A DNA stretch of 64,000 bases. Origin: Rhodosorus marinus CCMP1338. Lineage: Eukaryota; Plantae; Rhodophyta. A program made the position numbers and the translations under genes. Location: NCBI GenBank assembly GCA_029953675.1, contig JAMWBK010000004.1:682001-746000 (forward strand), in the 5' to 3' direction. Shown one piece after another: positions 55,365 through 64,000 of the stretch (position 1 is the first letter of the stretch; each line of letters starts with the position of its first letter). The notes beneath the pieces are model-generated. The model did no database searches. It had not been told where the DNA came from and worked only from the letters and a program-made list of their open reading frames with translations.

Positions 55365-56655
55365 TGTGAAATATTTCTACTTTCGATAGAGGCTATTCCA
55401 CAAGTTATGTTCTATAGGTTGTTGTTGTCTTTCTCACTGTTATGTCTGTCCTGGTCTCCCGCTTCGATCAATGCCCTCTCACGCCTTCGTCCCTTCTTTA
55501 TAGTCTTCCAGCGTAGATTCCAATACGATCGGTAATCGTGACCGGCAAAGTCTTTAGTAAAAACACAGCTGACTGACCAGCACGACTTCCACTGTTAAAC
55601 ACGAGTTCGCGAAAAGTTGGATTCGATCGGGGCTAAGGCCGTTGATCATAGAATGATTTCCTAAAGTGCTGAAACTGCTCTTGTGCACTTGTCCCCCCCT
55701 ACCTCCACTAAACATGAATCAACGAAAGGATGAAAGTCAGCAATTGAATCAGTTCTCTATAGACTTTGCAGCGACGGAGTAAGCACGGGCAATGAGACTC
55801 TCGCCCAGTCTATGCGTTCCAAACGTTGCGAAGGGCTGACCGCCACCGTTGCGTGAGTAGGTCGGTTCCTGCTCCGATCGGGCTGAAACCTCCGCTCGCA
55901 AACGCAATTCAATCAAAACTTGCCGAGCCGTTGGAGCATACCTTCGAAAGGAGCGCAAAGTCTTACTAGGTGAGCTCATCAAGTGCTGTTAGGCTGCCCC
56001 GCCTGACGTACTCCCCAGCGCGCTCCCTCGCCTCACCCCACGCGCATGGTTCCAGGCCACATAAATCAAGCAATTCCCCAAAATAGATTAAGAGCAAATC
56101 ACTTGATAGTCTACAAACATTTTTTCATAATCAACTACAAACTTCATAGAATAGAACTGTTTTCTTTATTTGTCACTGAACAAATCCAAATGTAAGATGA
56201 ATCACCCAAAGAATTTCTATAATGAAAATATTGAGGATACTAAGCTCAAATTAAGACAAATGGATGTAGACCTTTAATCTAGGAGGATACCACTGAATTG
56301 GGTATCTCGTCTAAAATCTATATGTTTAAGAACAATATTGCTTCGTATTGTTCATGATTAGGAATTTTCTGATCATGATAAACATCGGTACAACCGTAGA
56401 TGTGTTCAACCAAAAAGAATAGAATTTTATTCGTCCACGACTAGGTGACGTGGATCCATTCATATATCTTTATTGATGATATCTATGTAATTTGATTTGA
56501 AAAGGATTAATTTGGCGTCCGAGTTTAGTGCTGCCGCTTCGGTAGAGCATGGCGAACGGCTGCGCAACTAACTTGGTGCTTTCCCAGCGGGGGAGCCCTC
56601 TGTGACTCCGACGTCTTCTCGTAGCTTTCTGTGCTGTGGGAACGTGGAGGGGTGA

Positions 56656-57469
56656 TGACTGATTACACGCGTCAGGAGAGAGACTTTGTATTGGAAAACC
56701 ACTGACCGAAACTGTCGGACGGTTTCGTGCTTTTTGCCCTTCTCTGCTGGAATCCCTTCTTGAACGCTTTGCAGAGACTTTCAGATCTTCAGTTGGACCT
56801 GTTTCCTGAACGGCAGGGCGATGTTTTCAGCTTGGATGGATTGCTGAATCCCCTTTTGTTTGTTCAAGAGGTGTTGCCAACGGGATGGATTGCGGAATCC
56901 CTCTGTATTTGTTCAAGAGGGCCATGTTTTCAGTTGGGATGGATTGCTGAGCTCGCTCGTATTTGTTCAAGAGGGAGATGTTTTCAGCTTGGGTGGATTG
57001 CGGAAACTCCTCGGATTTGTTCAAGAGGGGGATGTTGTTGGCTGGGATAGGTTAATGAGCCTCCTTGTATTTGTTGAACAGGGCTTTTGCATGCTGCGCA
57101 CGGGGTCAGGTGTCTTTAAGCTGTTTAGATTGACGCCGTAGCCCCTGCACGTCGATGCGAATCAACGAGTGTGCCAGCTTCCACATGAACTTTGGTATAG
57201 AGAACAGTGTGAAGCACAATACTATGAGTCCGGATGCTACTACTACGAATCCGATGGATAGCCTGAGCGTCTTCCGGATCAAAAGAAAAAGTCCGCTTTC
57301 GTCAATATCGACTTTCAAATGGCCTCTGACCCATTCAACGATGTCGGCCGAAGCCGCCCTAGACCGCGAAAAAACCTGTGTTTCAGTCGTTGTGTGTGTA
57401 ATTGCGTGTGCGCTTTTCAAGGAGAAGTCCGATCCTCCCGTTCCAATCCACAACCAGCTAGTACATTAA
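56656..57469 (+). pseudogene. Decayed gene with 18-aa Cys-rich repeats, copy 2
   Basis: CSRGPCFQLGWIAELARI / CSRGRCFQLGWIAETPRI repeats, RINEC..FGIENS, ASDPFND and VPIHNQLVH*. Frameshifts differ from those in copy 1. Confidence 0.5.
56817..57080 (+). repeat. 54-bp tandem repeat, ~5 units, copy 2
   Basis: Unit GAGGGxxATGTTTTCAGxTxGGATGGATTGCxGAxxxxxxTCGTATTTGTTCAA. Confidence 0.9.
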
Positions 57470-57937
57470 CTGGCGAGGTGCCCAAGGGTCTCAGCAGTTG
57501 ACGATTTGGAACGGGCCTGAAGGATTAAAGGGCATGAATCCAACTCATGTAAACACCAATCTTAGTGATCGTTTTACCGCAGTCCTTGCTGTCTACGTAA
57601 AGGGGCGCAATGAGGACATGGGTTTTGCGTCGATAGGTCTATACATCTCTTGCTGAAATAGATCTAGCACTATCAAATGACGCCGTTTCTGAGACACGTT
57701 GTGCTGAGCCCCGCGAATTCGTAGATTCTAAGTGGAGCGTAACAGAAAAACTCCCATGGGAAGTATTTTGCGATCTTTACTTGTTTTGTCTCACTTCATC
57801 TCACCTAACTTCGTTTGAGCTCATTTTAAATGTGACCTTGTTTGACTACGTCTGCTAGATTTCATGTGAATTACAATGATTTATTCTTATCCTCTTTCCC
57901 GACTCCTTGACATGCTTCTAGTTACTGAATGAGAAGA

Positions 57938-58903
57938 TTACGGAGAGGCACGGATTCCTTCGTATAGATCGTCGATGCCCACAAACGCATTGTCGTCAAC
58001 GTTGAAGGTATATGCCCTATCATACCCTGCCCCACCATTCACGTAATCGTATTCACTGCCGGCAAGGCTCAGGTCGTTGATTATGTCGTCTCCACCTTCT
58101 CCCCAAGCTTTGTCCTTGCCACCACCCATATTAATCACGTCGTTACCGTCTCCCCCGTAGATTCTATCTTTACCGCTCCCGGCCTTAATTCTATCATCAC
58201 CGTCATCTCCAAAGATGAAGTCCTGCGCCTCCTTCCCATGAATGTAGTCGTTGCCTCCGTTGCCGATTATTACGTCTGCTTCTTTTGTTCCGAAGATTCG
58301 ATCATCAGCATCGGATCCAACGAAGAGGTGCGGGCACTTAATCTTCATCAAACACCCTCCAGTAATTCCCCTACAACGCGAATCGTCGATAATAGCTTGT
58401 CTATTCACACCATTGTACTCGATATCAGCCACAATTGTCAACGTTCTGAAGGTTTTGCAGCAGTTGGAAGCCGCTGGACTCATTGTATAGTCGTATCTGA
58501 CGACAGTTAAGTTGTCCCCAGATTCATCCAGTTGAAAATCGTCCAACTTGTGAGCCTCGTCCACTGAGCCCTCCAGGAGACCCACCCGCACCCTCTTGAT
58601 GTAGTAGCCGAGTCTCGTCGGTCTCAAGGTCAACTTTGCGCTTGTTACCCCGGTAGCGCGATCGTAGCTATTCTTCATACACACTGAAACCATGATATTA
58701 AACTGGTCCCGCATATCTCGACAGAAAGTGTCTCGTGCCCAGAACACCCTCCGCTCGGGAGCTGTCACTGTAGCCATGTCGCCAGCTGGGATCTTCACGT
58801 TGGCAAAAGCAGGCATTGGGAAGTCCGAACATGTGTTCTGCGCTGATGCATAGTTCACCGCCACTACCATCGACAGAAGACTCAACTTAATAAACATTGC
58901 CAT
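57938..58903 (-). CDS. Secreted RTX-repeat protein, copy 2
   Basis: First ATG at 58903 (MAMFIKLSLLSMVVAVNYASA). Same length (966 bp) and architecture as 48800-49765. Confidence 0.93.
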   Translation of the reverse strand: MAMFIKLSLLSMVVAVNYASAQNTCSDFPMPAFANVKIPAGDMATVTAPERRVFWARDTFCRDMRDQFNIMVSVCMKNSYDRATGVTSAKLTLRPTRLGYYIKRVRVGLLEGSVDEAHKLDDFQLDESGDNLTVVRYDYTMSPAASNCCKTFRTLTIVADIEYNGVNRQAIIDDSRCRGITGGCLMKIKCPHLFVGSDADDRIFGTKEADVIIGNGGNDYIHGKEAQDFIFGDDGDDRIKAGSGKDRIYGGDGNDVINMGGGKDKAWGEGGDDIINDLSLAGSEYDYVNGGAGYDRAYTFNVDDNAFVGIDDLYEGIRASP

Positions 58904-59986
58904 TATTCCTAGGTCAAACGAGTTGCTCACGACGCAAAACTTCTCTGCCTGTACTCGTTGATCTGTTGCTGGATCTATAGACTAGCACCATCCACTTCCA
59001 AGGTGCAGAGGGATACCTTTATATGGCCTGGGCCGGTAGATTCTGTCGGAAGGCAGTCCGAGGTTTCCACGGAAAAAGCTTCTGTTGCGGCCAAGCGGGG
59101 AACGGCCAACGAAGTGACCTCGCCGAGGTAACTCGCCATGTTTCACATGCTTGGAATATCACCGGTCGCTGTTAGTGCTTTCCCAACGTCTGGGTTTTCT
59201 TATACCACAGAAAATTTCGCAGACGAAAGTGTACGGAACACAGCAGATGAAGATCTGCTGTTCGTACGGCTGGTTCTAACGGGTACTTTAGTTCTTCTTA
59301 CGTAACCCCAAGCACGCGGAGCGGCTGTGTACGCGCTGAATACATTGCCCTCATTTCCAGCTTTGGAATATGGAGGCAGGCGTTGAATACTCGCAAAGAA
59401 AGGTAATAAATAGGCGGATTGGGGAAAAAGCGGATGGGGCGCATCGGTCTTCAGAACTTTTGAAGACGACGTTTTGCATTTCCGATCTCAATTCGACTAA
59501 ACCCATTGTGTCATACCAATAAACCCAACGGGGTAGTTAAGTTTTCTCCGATAAACAACAAAGAAAGCTGAGGAGGCAGGGAGCGACCCCAATAATTTCC
59601 GGAGAGGGACCGCCTCGTTGGAGCTCACTTGTGGCGGACACACTGAGGAATTGCTCGCAATCTACGATGGGTTGTCATAAATCGTCCAATAAATCTTAGA
59701 GAGTGAGAGATTAATGAAATCCATCAGAAAATTTGGGCATGGCCATTGAAAATTGTACATAAAAACGAGTCCAGTTTCTCCGTCCGATTAATCGTTCCCA
59801 GATTCAGTCAACGCGAGTCTAGCAGTCAATCACTTCTGGCACACATATTGAATCATGATTATTTCTTATAATGACAGACTGTCCGTCTCATGTATTGAAT
59901 TGGGATTGCATCTGAGTTCCACAGCTTGGCCCCTCAACCTACTGCATTTTCGGAATGCTCAAACATGATTGAGACAGGCACGTTCT

Positions 59987-60222
59987 GAATGAATTTGTTG
60001 TATCGGAGACCGAAAGAAAAAACCCCGAGGGGAAAAGAAAGATTACGCGCGGCGCAGATCGCGCGCCTCCCCCAACATCATACGCCACAGCAAGAAACTC
60101 AAACTGGTAAACGAGGACAGACGGTCAGGGCGCTCGTGGAGCAATTGCCGAAGCCAACGAGAACTAACGGAGTCTACAAGCCCAAAGCGCTCAATGACCA
60201 GAGGTACCAGGCGATGAGCTAG
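59987..60222 (-). mobile_element. 5'-truncated family B copy with GTTCT TSD; empty site at ~52024
   Basis: CACGTTCT-[GAATGAATTTG...GAGCTA]-GTTCT-ACCGCAAAGGATCG versus copy 1 CACGTTCT-CGCGCAGAAGATCG. Confidence 0.9.
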
Positions 60223-60476
60223 TTCTACCGCAAAGGATCGAAATTGGTGACCAAACTTCGTCGAGACCATCTTTGGCAGTGGGATTGGTCGCATGAGGCC
60301 ATCACTGGCTGACGTTGACAATCGAACTTTTGATGGAAACTCGGACTGATATTTTAAGTTTCGACTTAGAGTAAGCAAGAACTTAGGTTTCTCCATGCGT
60401 GGCGAGCCCGCGCTTGTCAACACGGCTGCAGAAAAAAGGATCGAATATCAATCACAATTTGTCCTTGATTGAATAA

Positions 60477-60650
60477 TATCGGACGCCAAAAAGTAGTTAT
60501 CTGACATGACTCCTATTTTATTTTTTATTCAGTCTCAATAAACGTATATCAGACGTAAGGCAGAGTATAAACTATCTAATTATTACGTAATTGCAGGTCC
60601 GATAAGCTTTACGAGACCGTCCGATATTTATCGGACACTTTCTATCGGAC
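60477..60650. repeat. Cluster of TATCGGAC motifs, copy 2
   Basis: Motifs at 60477, 60547 (variant), 60597, 60619, 60629 and 60643. Confidence 0.8.
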
Positions 60651-60751
60651 GGAAGTGACAATCCTGTTTTTGATTCAGGACACGCCCACGATTTACTGGA
60701 CTTTACGGGACTTTACCCCCCCATTCATCAACCGTTGAGGAGAGCGGCCTG

Positions 60752-60812
60752 GTCTTTTCTTTTCCGCTCTCCTTTTTTTTTCTTTCAATCTCGGATTAAA
60801 CACGTTCATTCA
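60752..60812 (+). mobile_element. Very short family B 3' end, absent from duplicate copy 1
   Basis: TTTTTCTTTCAATCTCGGATTAAACACGTTCATTCA. Confidence 0.7.
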
Positions 60813-61584
60813 GTGCCCCTTCCAAATATCCGAAACCTAAGCGTTTACGAAAGGGTCCCTCCCACTCTATGCCGTAACATTCCTAAAACTCGTTTTATCC
60901 ATTTCCAACGGCGCCAGCACAATACGCAATACTGAAGTGTTAGGCCCTGGAGATGGTTTCTCTGGTTCCCTGTGCAACAGAGGAATTTTAGTTGTGTAAG
61001 TGATGTCGGGGTTGACCTACAAGCTCGTCAACACCCTCGCCATAGGGCTTTCACTCATCCGATATATAAATGTCGTCAGCAAAGCGAAAACCAAAAAAAA
61101 AAAATAGAAACTCTAGTTCCCGCCGCGCCAGCCGCCCTGCCGGATGGCGCGGGAACGGCCGCTCCAGGAGCGGCCTGATTTTCGTTAGATACGCGTTTTA
61201 GCCATGAGACCCTAAGCTCTCTCGGCCTGTAGCCTTCTCTTGTTTGAAATTCCTCCGCTGTAGTTCTCCAAACTTCGGTTTACGTAACTTACAAGTCGGC
61301 ACCTGACGACGGCTTCAGACTAATAGGTTTGAAGGTCCCTTCATTGTGCAACTCCTTTTTTCAAAGAAAAACAGGAGAAAAATAATACGTTGTCCAGAGC
61401 AAAATAAATACAGACCGGTATTTCTTTAATTCACTGGTAAAATTCTCTTAGAATTAAACGCATTCAATCATTCAGGAAAATTACCGAAGCAAACGCGCTG
61501 GAATCGAGGGTTTTTTTTTTTCATACCTCTGATCGAAAATACGTTCGTTCTGCACCGACGGAATCGATCATTGCCGCAAACGCT

Positions 61585-61672
61585 CCGATCAAACAAATTC
61601 ATTCAATAAAAACAGCGATTCTGCATCAACGGGATGGGGAGGATGACCCCAAATAACTGAATGAATTTGTTT
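61585..61672. mobile_element. Two family B tail remnants in tail-to-tail orientation
   Basis: CCGATCAAACAAATTCATTCA (61585-61605) and TGAATGAATTTGTTT (61658-61672). Confidence 0.75.
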
Positions 61673-61759
61673 ATATATGAACAACAACCGCTTTTTCCAT
61701 GGGCATCGTTTTTCAGTCTTCGCGAACAAGTACGTTCATTCAATGACCCATCCAAGCTG

Positions 61760-62170
61760 CTAGGACAACAAATGGACTTTTGCTACAGTTTGAGCTGCCG
61801 ATTTTTTTGACCTGCTTATAGCAACTGAATGAGAAGATTGGGAGGTGACTGGCCTTCCCTTGGTTATGTCTTCGATGTCTTCCCGCACGTTGTCGTTAAC
61901 GTTGAAGGTGTATGCGCGGTCAAACCCTTGCCCACCATTCGCGTAATCGTATTCACTCCCGAAGATGCTCAGGTCTTTGATGATGTCGTTTCCAGCTTCT
62001 CCCCAAGCTTTGTCCTTGCCACCACCCATATTCGTCGTTCCAGCTCGTCCGTGGGCGTGGTCTTTACCGTTGCCGGACCTAATTATATCATCACCACGAG
62101 CTCCAAAGACGAAGTCCCAACCCTCCTTTGAATGCAGGTAGTCGTCACCTCCGTTGCCGATTATCACATC
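61760..62170 (-). pseudogene. 5'-truncated third RTX-repeat paralog
   Basis: YDVIIGNGGDDYLH..GSEYDYANGGQGFDRAYTFNVNDN aligns with the C-termini of copies 1 and 2. There is an in-frame TGA just upstream, no signal peptide or N-terminal domain, a 2-codon deletion in one repeat and a read-through C-terminus. Confidence 0.8.
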
Positions 62171-62597
62171 ATAACCGACTCATCCATCTTAGCACTGCCT
62201 AATAATCGCCGCAGATGAACGTAACCAGGAACGCTCCCGGAAGAACTGCGAAGTGGAGCCCCCCTAAGGGTAAAGAAGGAACCTATCGTTGCGTTACAAA
62301 CCCAAGAATAACCCCAGACGCCAGGAACCACCTCGGGCTGAGGATCAGATTCTTCGCTCCGCACTCGTGGTCAATCGTGGGATCGGTGACGAACCTGGTG
62401 AACCCTGCTTGGTGGGTTAACTCCAGGTGGGCCTTTTGAACCCCCTTTCTTTTAAGCCCAGCCTCCCGTAAGTCCCCATGAAGCTGAGGGGAATGCTTGT
62501 AGATATTTAAAGCATGTTTTGGTTCAAACTCGGCCTGGTTTCGAAAATAATTTAAGCCATTTAATTTCCCTAGATTTGTACAAATGGTGCACTTCCC

Positions 62598-63989
62598 TCA
62601 CGGCAGGTCCAAGTAGCTGCAGGGTAGCTGGAACGGTGGAAATGCAGTCGCAGAGGCAATAAGCCCTACTAAGGCTCCATAGGCGCCAACAACACATATC
62701 AAAACTGACAGGACGATCAAGAACGCGCAAGTCAGCTTCATGTAGATGCTCATTTCCTTGTTAAAAACAACCCAGTACGCGATGCATGGGAACAAGAACG
62801 TCAGGATCGTGCTGCTGAAAGCTCCCGTCAGACCCACCAAGTCACCGATGAACGGGATGAGAAGCGCTAGGAACAGTTGCAGAGTCACGAGCGTCACCCT
62901 GAGGAGTGTGCGGGTAACACCCGCTGGCATACCGTATGATATAGGTTTTCTCCAGCCGAGGAGTGGGATCTTCAGGATTGTTTGGATAGCCATCATCGAA
63001 ATAATGTTTCCGATGACGAGAGCTCCGAAGAAGGCGAGCAGCATGAGAACATTTCCGATGGTGACCGATACGTTCCAGGTAAAATTGTCGAAAATGTTGA
63101 GTTCTGCTTCAGTTCCGAACATGCCATAACCCAGGAACCCGACTACAATCATAGTAAATCCGAGCGTGGCGTAAGTCCAGTAAATCGACTGCTTGAACTT
63201 TTCTGGTTCTTTCATCTCCCTTCGGGCCTCTGGGAATATGGCATGACCTCCAAAAGCGAAACAGATTCCCGCGATTCCGTTGAAAACCGTGGTAACGTTT
63301 CCGATGTTGTAGCTGACCTCCTCAAGTCTTCCAGTGATGGCTATGTTCACCACGATCAGAACGAACAGCACCGTCATAGCAAACATACTGATTAGGTTAA
63401 CTCCGTAACTCTCATGGAACGTAGGCACCTGGGACAATACAACCGTGAATCCGTAGGAGATGACAATCCACCAGGTGTAGCACGGCTGAGGGAAGATCGC
63501 CTGGAAAAACTGGGCACAGAAACCCAGATTCGCCACGGAGATGAGAAAGTTTCCAATGGCTTGGGCAACCCATATTGTCCAGAAACCAGCTCGTCGCCCG
63601 TGTTTGCTCCCCTTGAAGAGCTTCGCGCCGACATACGCGCCCAAATCCGGATAACTCAGAATTTGTGGCTTACGTTCAGAAACTTTGTCCAGCATCAGAC
63701 CAGTGACAAGGCTGTGGGTCCAACCCCAAACCAGGACTACGACAGCCAGCACCCATCCCATGCCGGCGAAAAATCCGGGAACCATGAAGTAGTTGAGCGT
63801 CATCGCGGTAATCATAATGTAAGTTTTCCAAGGAGTAGATCGCCTCAATTTTTCTTCTTGTTCCTGCAGAAACGTATTAACACCTTCTGTGGCTTCTGCA
63901 CTACCATCCTTAATCGAAGTTTCCTCCGCATCATAGTCCGCATCGATATGCGGCTCCAGGTGCTCCGGATCCATGAAGTCCCGACCCAT
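62598..63989 (-). CDS. Amino acid/auxin permease (AAAP, Aa_trans) family transporter
   Basis: About 11 hydrophobic segments. Motifs MGW..V, SYPDLG, FAFGGHAIFPEARREMKEP..F, GYGMFG and LIPFIGDLVGLTGA. First ATG at 63989; the frame is open to the window edge, so the true start may lie outside. Confidence 0.92.
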   Translation of the reverse strand: MGRDFMDPEHLEPHIDADYDAEETSIKDGSAEATEGVNTFLQEQEEKLRRSTPWKTYIMITAMTLNYFMVPGFFAGMGWVLAVVVLVWGWTHSLVTGLMLDKVSERKPQILSYPDLGAYVGAKLFKGSKHGRRAGFWTIWVAQAIGNFLISVANLGFCAQFFQAIFPQPCYTWWIVISYGFTVVLSQVPTFHESYGVNLISMFAMTVLFVLIVVNIAITGRLEEVSYNIGNVTTVFNGIAGICFAFGGHAIFPEARREMKEPEKFKQSIYWTYATLGFTMIVVGFLGYGMFGTEAELNIFDNFTWNVSVTIGNVLMLLAFFGALVIGNIISMMAIQTILKIPLLGWRKPISYGMPAGVTRTLLRVTLVTLQLFLALLIPFIGDLVGLTGAFSSTILTFLFPCIAYWVVFNKEMSIYMKLTCAFLIVLSVLICVVGAYGALVGLIASATAFPPFQLPCSYLDLP

Positions 63990-64000
63990 TTTTCCCACAA

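Larger units (their letters stand above)
54209..61400. repeat. Tandem segmental duplication, copy 2
   Basis: Collinear with 44893-53080. Ends are approximate. Confidence 0.88.

Noticed and set aside
62164-62400. Hydrophobic minus-strand fragment as a second transporter relic
   Set aside because: Similarity to the transporter C-terminus is too weak by eye.

Overview
This looks like intron-poor eukaryotic DNA, most consistent with a red alga. That is an inference from single-exon genes, TATA boxes and an M-x-G-F-V-type transit peptide. It is a repeat-rich island of tandemly amplified secreted-protein genes: (1) a CAP/PR-1 gene (952-2259, -) with a decayed paralog (~8.2-9.2 kb); (2) three paralogs of an unrecognised secreted protein with 30 conserved Cys (16380, 25988, 34935; ~9 kb apart); (3) two intact and one truncated signal-peptide proteins with bacterial-type RTX Ca-binding repeats (48800, 57938, 61760). 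The two intact RTX genes lie in a ~7-8 kb tandem segmental duplication (~44.9-53.1 kb and ~54.2-61.4 kb), which also carries a small putatively plastid-targeted gene (one copy has a premature stop) and a decayed Cys-repeat gene. A two-finger C2H2 protein (44245-44769) and an AAAP amino-acid transporter (62598-63989) are also present. Two families of CRE-like non-LTR retrotransposons (restriction-like endonuclease, RLE) are scattered throughout: family A ends in (AAAGTCCAGT)n and family B in (TTCA)n. They include one decayed near-full-length copy (~38.1-40.5 kb), many 5'-truncated copies, 11-21 nt tail-only insertions flanked by target-site duplications (TSDs), and an apparent end-to-end template jump. 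A 62-bp tRNA-like tandem array is split by a nest of these insertions. No CRISPR array, rRNA or intact tRNA was found. All alignments and counts were done by eye.
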